This document shows positions 12,820 through 26,163 of a stretch of 64,000 bases of DNA, piece by piece (position 1 is the stretch's first letter; the number at the start of each line of letters is the position of its first letter). The stretch lies in contig NC_043009.1 of the NCBI RefSeq assembly GCF_006345805.1, forward strand, positions 49,166,001 to 49,230,000, in the 5' to 3' direction. The notes under the pieces are model-generated. The model worked only from the letters and a program-made list of their open reading frames with translations, did not search any database and was not told where the DNA came from. This DNA comes from Octopus sinensis (lineage: Eukaryota). The position numbers were made by a program, and so were the translations under genes.

Positions 12820-15238
12820 TTACTAACATTGCGAATCAACAATTCGCCACATTTAAAAGCAAACTACCTGGTAAAATTTATCAGACATGTTTCACTCTCT
12901 CTTTCCCGCTTTTTCCCTCTTCCCCCCTCTCTCCCGCAGTCTATCTCTGTCTGTCTGTCTCTGTCTCTCTGTCTCTGTCTCTCTCTTTCTCTCTTTCTCT
13001 CTCATTCTTTCCTGCTCACTCTCTACTTTCTCTCTTTCTCTTTCTCCCTCATTCTCTATAGTATGAGTGTAAGAACCTGGTAGAATTTATCAAGCGTCTT
13101 TCTCTCTTCCTATTCTCCCTCTTTATCTCTTCTTATTTCTCTCTTTTCCTATTTCTCTCTCTTTCTCTGTCTCTGTCTTTCTCTTTCCCTGTCTCTGTTC
13201 CCTTTCTCTCTCTCTCTTTCTCTCGTCTTTCTCTCAATCTCTCACTTTCTCTCTTTCATTCAAATATAGGGCAAGCTTTAATACACATTTCTCTCTCTCT
13301 CTCTTCCTATTCTCCCTCTTTATCTCTTCTTATTTCACTCTCTTCCTATTTCTCTCTCTTTCTTTCATCTTTCTTTCTCACTCTCTTTCTGTCTCTCTCT
13401 TTCTCTTTCTCTCTTTCTCTTTCTCTCTTCCTCTATCTTTCTCTTTCTCTTTTTTTCTTTCCCTCTTTCTCTTTCTCTCTTTCGTTCAAATATAAGGCAA
13501 GCTTTAATACACATATCTTTCACTCTCTCTCTCTCTCTTTCTCTCTCTCTCTTTTTCTCTCTCCCTCTCTCCCTCACTACAAGTACTCTAAAAGTACTTT
13601 ACCAAATGTCTCTCTTTCACTCTATCACTCTATCTTTCATTTCTTCTCTTTCTCTCTTTCTTCCAAACTCTTCCTAATATGATTTTACCGCCATTACATG
13701 GTAACATTTTCTAACGAAGCCTCTCTTATACTCTCTGTGTATTTCTGTCTATCGGTCTCTCTCTTTCTCTTTCTCTCGGTCTCTTTTTCTCTCTCTCCCT
13801 CCGTCCCTCTGCATGCGTGGATGCATGTGTGCGTGCAGTATGTGTTTATAGAAGTGCATTGGAAAATTCACGAAACGTCTCTCCCTGCAGCATGTGACAA
13901 GCTTTAAAACACTCTCACTCTCTCTCCCTCTCCCTCTCTCTCTCCCTCTTCCTCTCCCCCTCTTTTACATTCTCCCTTCCACTCCCTCCCCCGCTCACTT
14001 TCCTCCTCGTTTACATTCTCCCTTCCACCCTCTCTCCCTCTGTCTCTCTCTTGCTACCTCAGTCTTTCTTCAACTCTCCTTCTCTCTCACCCACACTTTC
14101 TCATTCTCTCTCCTACTCTCCTTTCATTCTCTCCTTCTCTCTCTCTTTTCCTCCTTTCACTTTCTCAATCCCCTACTCTCTCTCTCTCTCTCTCTCTTTC
14201 ACGCACACACACACTCTCCCAATCTCTTTCCCTCTCTCCATCTATCTCTATCTCTTTCTTCTTCTTTCACTCCCTTCCCCTCACTTTCTCCTTCCGTCAG
14301 TTCACTCTCTGCCTGCCTAACTGTCTATCTGTCCCTCACTCTCTCTCCTTCTCTCTCTCTCCTTCTCTCTCTCTCTCCTTCTCTCTCTCTCCTCTCTCAC
14401 TACCTCTCCTCTCTCTATCTTTCCTCTCCCTATCTCTCCTCTCTCTCTCTAGTAACAGGCTACCGCTAAAACTATTCGGGAACGAAAAATCAATATTCTG
14501 TGACTTATTCAATAATGGCAGATATAAAATTTTAATGCTGCCATTTTGGAAGAAATGCAAGAATTTATTTATTTATATATTTATTAATTGCTGTTGTTGT
14601 TGTTGCTGTTGTTATTGTCTTTCTGTTAGTATAGTAGTATAGTCTTGTTTTCTCGTTCTCAATTGTTACTTTTTTCTTCCATTTTGTTTGCGTGTACGCG
14701 GTTGTTGTTGGTGGTGGTGACGGTGTAGTTGTGGCTGTTATTGTCGTCGTCGTCGTCATCTTTCTTGTTGTTGTTGTTGTTGTTGCTGCTGCTGTTGTTG
14801 TTTGCAAAAGTCAACTAAAACAGCAACAGGAAAAAGCGGTTTTAATGCAATTTTCTGAAATTTTTCATTTCCGTTTAAAATTGTCTTTTACTTTGGACCA
14901 ACGAAAAACTATGGATGCAGGAGAAGAGAGAGGGAGAGAGAGAGGGAGAGAAAGGGAGAGAGCGGGGGAGAGATAGATGGAGAGAGAGGGAGAGAGAGAA
15001 GGGAGAGGGGGAGAGAGAGAGGGGAGGGGAGGGAGAGGCGGAGAAAGACAGAAAAAGAGAGATAGGTAGATTTTAGTGAAAGGAAGTAGAAAGAAAGAAA
15101 GAAAGAGTGTGTGTGAGAGATAGACATTTAGAAAGTGAGAGAGAGAGAGAGAGAGGGAGAGAGTCCCTGTGTGTATATGTGAAAGGAAGAGAGAGTGAAT
15201 ACGTGCATGTGACAAAGGTTTATAGATATATCGAGGTA

Positions 15239-15348
<110 letters not shown>

Positions 15349-16118
15349 TGTAGAGACACAGACAGACAAATAGACAGATAGAAATATATTTAGTTGCATG
15401 GATAAGAGAGTGGGAGAGAAAACTTACAGAAGAGAGAAGAATTAGAGCGGCAAATTAAGAAAGAGAGATATAGGGGAAAAGAGACTGAGGGCTATATAGA
15501 GAGAGGACATGAAAGATAGGTCCACAGAAAGAAAGAAACAAAAAAAGGGTCTGAAAGAAGATGAGATGAAAGAGAGAAGAGAGAGCGTGAGAAACTAAAA
15601 GGGGAGAGAGAGGTTACATACTAAGATATTTAGAAAGAGAGAGAGAGAAAGCAGTTGACATGGCGGAGCAGAGAGAGAACGAAAATGAGAGAGAGCGCGC
15701 GATGAGAGAGAGAACGCGATTTTAGCAAAGAGGAATTGGTATTTAAAAAGGGGATATGAGGGGAGAGAAATTTAAATAAAAGGAAGAGTCAGATAATAAT
15801 AATAATAATAATAATAAGGAAGATTGAGAGAGAAAGAGAGATTTAAGTAGTAGACAAGGGAGAGAGAGTGAGAGTGAGAGAGAGAGCGAAAGAGAGAGAG
15901 GAGAGAGAGGAGAGAGAGAGAGAGAAGACAGAGAGAAAGTTTTAGTAAGGGTGATTCAGTAAAAGAATGTATTTAGAGATCACAAGACTGTGAGTTTAGA
16001 GAAAACTATTCTTGAATTTTAGAGAGGAAAACAGTTATTTAAACATATTAAACATGGTAAACACACACACATTCATCCATATATATATATATACATATAT
16101 ATACACACATATATATAC

Positions 16119-16192
<74 letters not shown>

Positions 16193-16193
16193 C

Positions 16194-16225
<32 letters not shown>

Positions 16226-16919
16226 CATATATACATATATATATACATATATATATACACTATATATATACACATATATATATACACATATATGTATATA
16301 TATATACACATATATATATACACATATATATACACACATATATATACACACATATATATACATATATATAAATGTATGTATGTATGTATGTATGTATATA
16401 TATATAATCATCTTCATCGTCGTCGATTTTACTATGCTTCTTTTTTTCTCATACGGTCAGGGGATTAGACGAATCTTTATTGGAGTACATTTTTCTACGG
16501 CCCAATTATATTCCTGTCACTAACCCTTTTATTGCTTTTCAAGTAAGGCTGTTTTTGTTTTGTTTGACTTGGTTTGATTTGGTTTGGTTTAGTTTGGTAA
16601 TTCAACCGTTCGTCAAACGACCGCCGATCTTTGGACCGTTTTGTTCACTGGAGAAAGTAAAATAATGTCATTGCGACAGGCAGTGTTACAACGACACGTT
16701 AAAATGACATTTATGAACACACACTCTTTCTTTCTCTCTCTCTCTTTCTTTCTCTCTCTCTCTTTTTCTCTCTTTCACACACACATATGCATTACTTAGG
16801 AACTAGTTTAGCTCAGCCGTGCCGAGAATAAGCAGACTTTACAATCAAAATCATTCCAGCCACAATCATTCATTATCTACGATTACATTATGCGATGTAT
16901 CCAACACCCTAAAAATTAG

Positions 16920-17055
16920 GTAGCCTAGTGGTTAGTGTGTTGGGCTCACGACCATAAAGTCGTGGGTTCGACGCCTAGTCCGGGCGGTGGGCTGTCTTGA
17001 AGCAAGACAGTTCATTTCGTGTTGTCCAGTCAACTCTGCAATAAGATGAGTAACA
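16920..17055 (+). mobile_element. Diverged tRNA-headed SINE (D/E-like)
   Basis: tagcctagtggttag (A box), gggttcgacgcc (B box), then ctgtcttgaagcaagacag. Confidence 0.65.
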
Positions 17056-17289
17056 AGCAGTAATTATAGCCGCAACATTCTCTCTCCAACAAGCTATCGT
17101 ATCGTCGATGTCAAGGTGTGGTGTCTAAGGGAATTTCTATGTCTGCTGGTGATTAACATAGGCACCTAAAAACAATTAGCGAACGCATGGTACATGCTAT
17201 CAGGCCCTACTCGCTTGCTAGTGACGGCTCTTGATTTCTTAGTCTCACTTTTTATTAAAGAAGGATTTGCCCGCGTTACTCCGTAAGGA

Positions 17290-17820
17290 GCATAAGGCCG
17301 GTGTCCTGGTCGCTCTGGGGTTTATAACCCTTCCTGGATGGGTCACCAGTCCGTCGCAGGATTACGCATTTTTACCAGCTGAGTGGACTGGAGCAACGCG
17401 GAGGCACATGGCCTAGTGGTTAGAGCAGCGGACTCGCGGTCGAAGGATCGCGGGTTCGAATCTCAGATCGGGCGATATGTGTGTTTATGAGTTAAACACC
17501 TAAGCTCCACGCGGCTCCGACAGAAGGAAATGATGAACTTCTGCTGACTCTTTCGCCACAAATTTCTCTCACTCTTTCTTCCTGCATCTTGCAGCTTACC
17601 TGCGACGAACCGGCGTTCCTCCAGGTAGGGAACCTATACGCCAGGGAAACCAGGAAACCGGCCCTATGAGCCAGGTATGGCTCGAGAAGGAACAAACAAC
17701 TGGAGCAACGCGAAATTACATGTTTTTCTCAAGAATACAATGCGCTACCCGGTCCAGGAACCGAAACCACAATCTTACGATCATGAGTTCAACACCCTAA
17801 CCACTAATCGATACGCTTCC
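17290..17820 (-). mobile_element. SINE family E split by a family C insertion
   Basis: Family E sequence continues across the insertion after removing one TSD copy. Confidence 0.85.
17401..17698 (+). mobile_element. SINE family C, full length, 14-bp TSD
   Basis: A box tggcctagtgg (17409-17419), B box ggttcgaatc (17453-17462); TSD actggagcaacgcg at 17387-17400 and 17699-17712. Confidence 0.93.
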
Positions 17821-19688
17821 ACTTACAAAGAATAAGTCCTGGAGTCGATTTGCTCGACTAAAGGCGGTGCTCCAGCATGGCCGCAGTCAAATGACTGAAA
17901 CAAATAAAAGAGAGTAAAAGAGAATAAACTGGTTAACTGCACAATACACAAAATATTTTAACAACTAATTTTTTTTATAGAATTCCTTATAAAATTTAAT
18001 CATTAAAATATAATAGGTTTTCGATATCGAATGGCTATGAAGGTTTCCTTACTTCACCCTGAATAAAATAAAAATCAAAAGGGTTCATAGATAAAAAAAA
18101 ATATTTGAGAACCACATACGTAATCGATTAATCCTTTCCTATAAAAATTTTGCCTTCTGCCTAAATTGGACACAAATATTTGACCTTAATCGGCCCTCGA
18201 GTAGGCTTGAGTAAAACGATGACCTAGCTCTGAGCAACCCTTGTTTACGTTACATACAGTGTTATATCTGAGACTACGTCTATAATCACCCTCGATCTAA
18301 TCAATTAGTTTCTGTTTGATCTAATCAATTGGTTTCTCATATGGTGATTTGATGCTTAATTTAAAAACCAATCAGTGAACAGGGGTATTGGAAGTGATCC
18401 TTGTAGTTGGGGTTCAGTTTGAACAGCTGTAGAGGTACAGTTGTTCCTCTACGCTGTCATTTGGACTTCTGAGAAATGGCAGCCAAATCTCCTTCAAAAT
18501 AAATTTAACACTCTTTAAAAAGAACTGAAATCCGCGGGAAACCTTAAAAAAATGGAGAATGGTTACAGTTGGAATGTCGTTGCCTTAATCCTTAGATCTG
18601 GACGATGTGTACTGACCAGGGGTTAAGCAACAACAACAACAACAACCTGTAGGAGAAAAAAATGTTTAACAGAGAGAGAAAGAAAGTTCTCGATTGCTGT
18701 ACTTCTGAAGATAAAGGGTTAGGTTTTAATGTCTTAGATAAAAATCATTAAAAAGCAGCAATTCCGCCATTCCAAATATCGAATATTTAATAGCAAGAAT
18801 GGGTTGGCGGGAGTTGGTGAGGAGAACGGATTTGTATTTTCACTGTTTGAAATTACAAATTGATAAAAATGGAGATGGTTTCATGGATCGAGAAAAGAAA
18901 AAAATGTAAATTAAAAGAAATAAAGTTTAAAAAATAACTTCAAAATTACAATTGTAATTTATTTATCGATCAGAACGAAATTTCAATATCATTTTCCATT
19001 GTAAATTATGTCTAAATTAAGATAGATGATTCACTATTGGTTTTTTTTCTTTCCCTTTTTTTTTTTTTTTTTTATATTGTAAGACTAAATTTTTCAGATA
19101 TAGGGAAATTTGTATATAGCTTTGTAAGTGTCGTGAAGGCTCGTGGCCTGGTGGTTACGGATGTTGCAATGACAATAGTAAGATCCTGGTTTCGATTCCT
19201 GGATTGGAGAGGAATGTTGTGTTCTTGAGCAAAATACTTCCTTTGATGTTGTTGCAGTCCACTCAGCTGCATGAGTAAACCTGCGACGAACAGACATCCC
19301 ATTCATCGGGGAAAATTCTGATCTCGGTCATTTGTACGCCGTAGAAACCGGGAAACAAACCCATTCAAGACAGGTTCATTCATTTATTTGGACATGTTGT
19401 AGTTTCTGGCTTTAAGGCTAAGAAATAAAGAACAGTATATTAAGTCTATGTAGCTCTTGGTTAGTGTTTTAAGGTGTATAAATTTTGCAGCCCCTTGAAA
19501 CATACATTCGTGCAAACATGGTTTCTTACAAGCTTATATATATATATATATATATATGTTTTTGTGTGTGTGTGTGTGTCTGCATCTATGTGTGTGTATT
19601 TGTGTGTCTGTGTGATGGGCATGTAATCTCTTCTCAAAGTTACGGCTTTCCAATGTTACTGTCTGTTTCAGGCCTTCTGATTGCACGG

Positions 19689-19689
<1 letters not shown>

Positions 19690-19755
<66 letters not shown>

Positions 19756-22060
19756 TAATAATAATGAAAATAATTGTTTATAGTGCTCAGGTGCACTACA
19801 ACTCATCAAAGGTGCATGTACAGTACATATAATTAAGTGCAAAAGTCAGGAAAGTGAACAGTGTGTGAGTCATGATATACATGTCTGCATGCGTATGAAG
19901 CGGGGTGTAGTATCAGGTGCAGTGCTGGCGAATTTCAAGAAGCATGGAGGTTCTAAAGTATGCAATGTCTTGGTAACTAACAACTGGTGCAGGTAGTCTG
20001 TTCCATACTTCAGCAATTCTGAGTGTGGAAAAAATGATTCCGAAAGTCATAGGGGCTGTGCTGTTTTCTGATTTTGTAGGCGTGCCCACGTGTTAGACAC
20101 ATGGATCTCAAAAAGGTGCTCTAGGTGGTTGTTGGCACAATGGTTAATAATTTTGTGGGTGTTTACCAAGTCAGTTGTCAGGACGTCGGAGCTTCTGTGT
20201 ATCTATGCCCAGGGAGGCAAAACGTTCAGATTATGGTAGATGCCTGATGGAGGGTATTCGCTGGTTGCCCATCTCCGAACAGTTGTCCAGGAGGTCAATG
20301 TCCTGAGCAAGATAGGGGTTCCAGACTGGTGATGCATATTCCAAGTGTGGCCACACCATAGCCATATACAGCCTTAAATAAATAGCTGGAGAGAGGCTGA
20401 CAATTATCTTGCTGAGTGATGCCAAGATACCCTCGGCCTTCTTGACAATTTTAGAGATTTGTTTTGTCCAAATCGTTGCTAACAGTAATGCCCAGGTCAC
20501 ATTCACAAAAAGACTTCTTGATATTAGTGTTGTAGAGAGAGTATGTGGGCACTGGGTTTTCCCTACCAAAATGCATGGTGGTACACTTGTCCACAGCCAG
20601 CTTGAGTTGCCAGTCCGTGATCCCTTTTTGCATTGTGCCCAAGTCCGATTGCAGAAATGATCTATAGTGTTCAGGACCTGTTCTTTTTAGCGCAAGACAC
20701 AGCTTGATGTCATCTGCATATTTCAGTACTGTAACATTCTTTAAGTTGGTATTTATGTCATTAATGTATGCAACAAGCAAAAAGGGGCTAAGAACAGATC
20801 CCTGCAGTACACCAGATGACATCTCATAGGGTGAAGAATGCTGTCCTCTTTTCGGCTGAGAATGAAGAACTCCAACCAGTTAAAAAGATCACGTTTCACA
20901 CCCATTGCAGTGAGTTTTGCCATAAGCCTTTTGCGTGGCACAGAATTAAAAGCCCACGAGCCGCATGATGTCTCCAGCAGATGGAGTTAGGGACAAATCA
21001 AAATTGCGAGGGCCGAATAAGGCTGTGAGAATTCCAGAAGTCCCAGAGAGTTTGTCTGACACAGGATTCCATCAGTTTGGCAATGCAGCTAGAAAGACTG
21101 ACTGGACAATAGTTGACAGTCAGAGTGTCGTCAACCTTTTTGAGCAGAGGAATGAAACTGGCAGTTTTCTACTGCTCCAGAGTAGCACCGTTGTTAAGAC
21201 AGAACTGAAAGAAGAGTGAAAACTGGTACAGAAGGAAGTACCCTCCACGTTTGAGAAGCAGGTACGTAACACCATCTGTTTCTTTATTACCCACAAGGGG
21301 CTAAACACAGAGGAGACAAACAAGGACAGACAAACGGATTAAGTCGATTACATCGACGCCAGTGCGTAACTGGTACTTAATTTATCGACCCCGAAAGGAT
21401 GAAAGGCAATGTCGACCTCGGCGGAATTTGAACTCAGAACGTAACAGCAGATGAAATACGGCTACGCATTTCGCCTGGCGTGCTAACGATTCTGCCAGCT
21501 CGCCGCCTTCAAGAACACCATCAAGAACCAGAGAGGCATAGCTGCGTTTATTTTTAAGGTGATGTTGCATCATTGCAGATGTAAATTCCATAGTTGTTAT
21601 AGAATTTGGTGTCAGAGGTGGTGGAGATAGTATGTTTTTGGTTTTTGACAGTAAAAATGCCTGCATAGCATTCGGCAATGAGTTCTTCGCATTCTTTGGT
21701 ATCGTCAGTAATCTGGCTTGTGTGAGATTGCGAAGAGGACCAACTGGAAATGAGGTCTCTGCTTTGAAGGTACATATTTCCAGAATACCTTACTATCAGG
21801 GTCGGCTGCTATGCGTTGCTCAAATTCATGCACTGCTCTTTTTGTCACCTGCTTGAGATGGTTGGATGATTAATGCGCTTTTTCCTACTTATATCTGATT
21901 TCTACAGTTTGTATTCCCGTTCAGCATTACGACGTTCTTTCATGGCAAGTCTGACTGCTGCAGTCTCCCAAATTGCACCTTTGGGATGTTTCTTGTGCTT
22001 ACGTGGTACTGATGCAGCACGTACTGTCCATAGTGAGTTCAGAATGTTCTGAAGTATAGT
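19690..22060 (-). mobile_element. CR1/L2-type LINE relic (RT region to 3' end) with (TTA)n tail
   Basis: Relic frames SGVLQGSVLSPFLLVAYINDI...LKYADDIKL (RT YADD) and LYMAMVWPHLEYASPVWNPY; tail is the (TAA)n run at ~19690-19762; frameshifted. Confidence 0.9.
21277..21513 (-). mobile_element. SINE family B inserted in the CR1 LINE, 9-bp TSD
   Basis: aacaccatc at 21268-21276 and 21514-21522. Confidence 0.9.
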
Positions 22061-22081
22061 GTTCATATCTATATATATCTA

Positions 22082-22135
<54 letters not shown>

Positions 22136-22138
<3 letters not shown>

Positions 22139-22471
22139 GAATGAGGGTAGAAATTGATATTAATCAATTAAAACCAGTGGTCTAGCATATTAAAGAAATC
22201 CGAAGATTAAAATATTTTTACATACAAAATTTAAAGGATTGACCACTAAAAGTGGACGGTCAATATGCTAGATATCGACGTCAAAATCGCTATTTTCCGC
22301 GAGGAATTTGTTCTCAAGTAAAATCTCAGCACAAAACCAAAGTGTACAAACTTTGATTTTGTGCTGAGATTTTACTTGAGAACACATTCTTCGTGGAAAA
22401 TAGCGATTTTGACGTCTATATCTAGCATATTGACCGTCCACTTTTAGTGGTCAGTCCTTTAAATTTTGTAT
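22136..22471. mobile_element. Foldback element: (TA)n, ~85-bp leader, 250-bp palindrome (PLE pLTR-like)
   Basis: Arms 22222-22343 and 22350-22471, about 6 mismatches in 122 bp, 6-nt loop; leader resembles 30714-30790. Confidence 0.75.
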
Positions 22472-22619
22472 CCCCTCCTCTCCTCTTCCCCCCTCTCCTC
22501 CCCCTCTTCTTCCCCTCCCCTTCTCCTCCCCCTCTTCTCCCCCTCCCCCTCTTCTCCTCACTACACCACACGACTTTACACATCACATCATATATGATGT
22601 GCCATACTAATACACACAC

Positions 22620-22940
22620 CAACTAATACATACTAATACGTACTAATACATACTAATACATACTAATACATACACCAACCCTATACATACACACGTCCAG
22701 ACCCCTCATACGCACTTATACTCTCTCATACACACACACACACACTTATACATACTAATACGTACTAATACATACTAATACATACTAATACATACACCAA
22801 CCCCATACATACGCACGTCCAGACCTATCCTACGCACTAATACTCTCTCATACACACACACACACACACCCTTATACATACTAATACATACTAATACATA
22901 CACCAACCCTATACATACACACATCCAGACCTCTCCTACG
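22620..22940. repeat. About 2.5 copies of a ~125-bp unit built on (tactaataca)n
   Basis: Repeated tactaataca runs followed by caccaaccctatacatacacacgtccagacc. Confidence 0.85.
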
Positions 22941-23040
22941 CCTTAATAGCTGGTCATTCAACCCTATTATCAACCCTATTATCTCCCCTTATTTCGCTCT
23001 CGCGTCTCATGTTTGATCTTTGACCTCTGGCCGAAATCAG

Positions 23041-23250
23041 ATCGCCATGTTGATTCGTTAGTTACTGCACGCATTTTTTTCTCTCCTTCTTTCTGTGTTT
23101 TTTTTCTCTCTGTGTATCTTTCTGTTGAAGAGCGTAGGCTCGAAACGTTAAAGACTTGTTTTATTTATATTTCCTGAGCGCCATACTAATACAATTGTTT
23201 GTTTGTTTTCCACCTGCCTTCGTCTTTTGTCTATTTTCATAAAGCTTCCG

Positions 23251-23251
<1 letters not shown>
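23041..23251 (+). mobile_element. Short PLE-derived unit ending in (TA)n
   Basis: Homologous to 7241-7435 and 59809-60004; contains the HHR motif at 23117-23154. Confidence 0.7.
23117..23154 (+). ncRNA. Minimal type I hammerhead motif with variant core CUGUUGA
   Basis: UCUUU-CUGUUGA-A-GAGC-GUAG-GCUC-GAAAC-GUU/AAAGA: 5-bp stem I, 4-bp stem II, palindromic ACGU stem III. Confidence 0.65.
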
Positions 23252-23302
<51 letters not shown>

Positions 23303-24099
23303 GTATGTATGACCGTATGCATGTTCGTAAAGATACAGTTGGCTGTACTTAAATGAACACAGCCATTTCTGAACGTCTTGGTCCAGTTGTACCGTACAGA
23401 GTATAGCACAGGAGAAAAGATACGAACCAACAACCTTTCGGTTAGTTGTGCTACACGTTATTGATTCGCCAATAACATCTCCTGGCACCATTACAACCAT
23501 CACTACCCATAGCAACGACAAGACAACCAACGCCATCAGCACCATTAACGCCAACACCCAACACCACCATTAACGCCCCGACTAATTTACAACATCTGTT
23601 GAAAACACCATGAACGCCATACGGTTTTCAACACCTTCCATACCTCTATCACCACCTCAAAAAAGGGGCTAGACACTATCCCTAAAAACAAATACAGCAA
23701 CCTTATATATAGTTAACCCCATCATTTTCTCACTAAGGAACAAATAAAAAACATTCTTAGAGGCTGCAACAGCACATACCCGTATGTGTCTAGAATACAA
23801 TATGTGTGTCTAGAACACACAATATCTACACATATATTTACAGCCCTACCCTATACGTACTTCCCATATGTCCAAAACATCCCATACATATATCCTACAC
23901 ATGTTTTTAACACTCAATAAATTAAATCTAATTACTTTTAGGAAATCACGAAACAACTCTTTTTCTTTCTCTATTTATCAACTACACATGTAGGTATATT
24001 GTGTAAATAGGAGCGTACGCACATAGGCGTGCGTGGAAGTATGTATAAATATATACTACATACATACATACGTATAATATTATATATATATATATATCT

Positions 24100-24180
<81 letters not shown>

Positions 24181-24259
24181 TGTATATATATAATTATATA
24201 TATATAAACATACGCGCACACACAAACATACACACATAAACATATACATATGTATATAC

Positions 24260-24424
24260 CGCGGGCTTGTTTCAGTTTCCGTCTACCAAATCCACTCACA
24301 AGGCTTTGGTTGGCCCAATGCTATAGTAGAAGACACTGGTCCAAGGCTGTCATGCAGTGGGATTGAACTCGGAACAATGTGGTTGAGAAGCAAGCTTCTT
24401 ACCACACAGCCACGTCTGCGCCTA
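24260..24424 (-). mobile_element. SINE family A, 5' half
   Basis: Reverse complement of the family A head and central block. Confidence 0.8.
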
Positions 24425-25054
24425 TATATATATACGCACACATACATATATACATATACATATATACACACATATATATATATATGTGTGTATAATCACA
24501 CATTAATATACACACAACACACATATATCCATGTATAGATATTGCACACATAATCATACCTACACCCGTACACGCACAGTCATACATACATACATACACT
24601 CAGGTACGTACACATTAATAGCTCTATTTACGAAGTTTTGCCTTGTTATCAGAAACCTTGATTCCCAAAAAGATAGAGAGTTTTTTTTTAATTGTTAAAA
24701 GAAAAACATATTTGGAATACAGCAGGCCTACTGTATATACTCACATATATATTTGTTAAAGGTCTCCGAGCAAAATCATCTATATTTCATATCCAAAATA
24801 TGAGCTCTTAATCTACAAAGAAATCTTTTTTATATGGAAAACGAAAGAAAAAAAATAACGAGAAGAATACAACATTCCTTGAAAGTCTCCTAAACAATAA
24901 TTACTTTCCAGCTATACGAAATGTGTCGCTTCGTAAAATGTTTAATTCAGATTCAGTTATATGCTTCGGGTTATGTGTCATGCTGACCATTTCCAGTAAG
25001 AACGAAATGGCGCTCTACATTGTTATCTCTTTATTAAATTTTTTTTATCTCTTT

Positions 25055-25761
25055 AGTTGTTTCAGTCATTAGACTACAGCCATTCTGTGGAACTTTCTTG
25101 AAGGATATTTAGTTGATCGAATCTACCCCAGGACTTACGTTTATTTAATTTTTTTTATAAGATTGATACTTATTCTATCAGTGTCGATTGCCGAACCGCT
25201 AGGTACAGGAAGGTAAACACCCCAAAAATAACTCTCAAACAGTAGTGGGAACAAACACAAAGGCACACACACACTCACACACACACACACATATACTGGT
25301 CTGGACAAAGGCAGGGCAATATATATCGCCCTGCCTTTGACCAAACCGGTTACGCTTGTCTGTGCTCCTCGCTCTGGTTTCTCGAGCCTACCGTCCTTTA
25401 GGACGTTTTCCATTTCTCCTTTGCGTTACACACATTCGGCTATTTGACAGCCGAATGGCCTTTTTCTGTTGTATATGTATAGTTAATTATTTTGTTATAT
25501 ACGTATATTTCTTCTATTATTTTAGTTTGTCTTGTTTGTTTTATCCTTGTCTTATACGTTCGATAGCTTTTCTCTGTAGCTTGCTGCTCTGACGCTGCCA
25601 AAACAGAGTGGTACCAATGCTAAAAGCGCGAAACCACTATGATGAGGAATCAACTGCGAATTTTCCATGTAGTATGGTTTTGTCAAATTTCCCGTTCGTT
25701 AGGTTATTTATTAAATGTTTCTGTTTGTTGTGTTCTTTCTATTTAATCCTTGAAATATATA

Positions 25762-25792
<31 letters not shown>

Positions 25793-25990
25793 CTCTGTGT
25801 GTGTGTGTGTTTCTGTGTGTGTCTGTGTGTGTGTGTACACGATGGGCTTCTTTCAGTTTCCGTCTATTAAATTCACTCACAAGGCTTTGATCGGCCCGTG
25901 GATATAGTAGATGTCACTTCCCCAAGGTGCCAGGTTGTTGGACTGATACTGAAACCAAGTGGTTAGAAAACATACTTCCTACCACATATG
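25055..25990 (-). mobile_element. SINE family A split by a ~460-bp insertion in its internal microsatellite
   Basis: 3' half ~25055-25260, 5' half ~25838-25990, unrelated sequence at 25295-25756. Confidence 0.7.
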
Positions 25991-26163
25991 CCTATGACTA
26001 CAAATTTTGATATCTTTTATGATGAGTAAGCAAATAAAATCAAATGTGTTCTATTCATCTTCTTCGCTAATAATTCCGCCAAGATTTATCTTGAAATTAT
26101 TATCTCCCTTATAGTAAATAACCACCAGGATTTGAATGAAATTTTAAATGTAATTAAATAAAA

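Noticed and set aside
17401-17475. tRNA gene
   Set aside because: A and B boxes are present but run into a SINE body with TSDs; this is a tRNA-derived head. The same applies to the other SINE heads.
22365-22420. Hammerhead in the 250-bp palindrome (cttgaga-a-cac...gtg-gaaa)
   Set aside because: The core does not match CUGANGA and no stem I can be formed.
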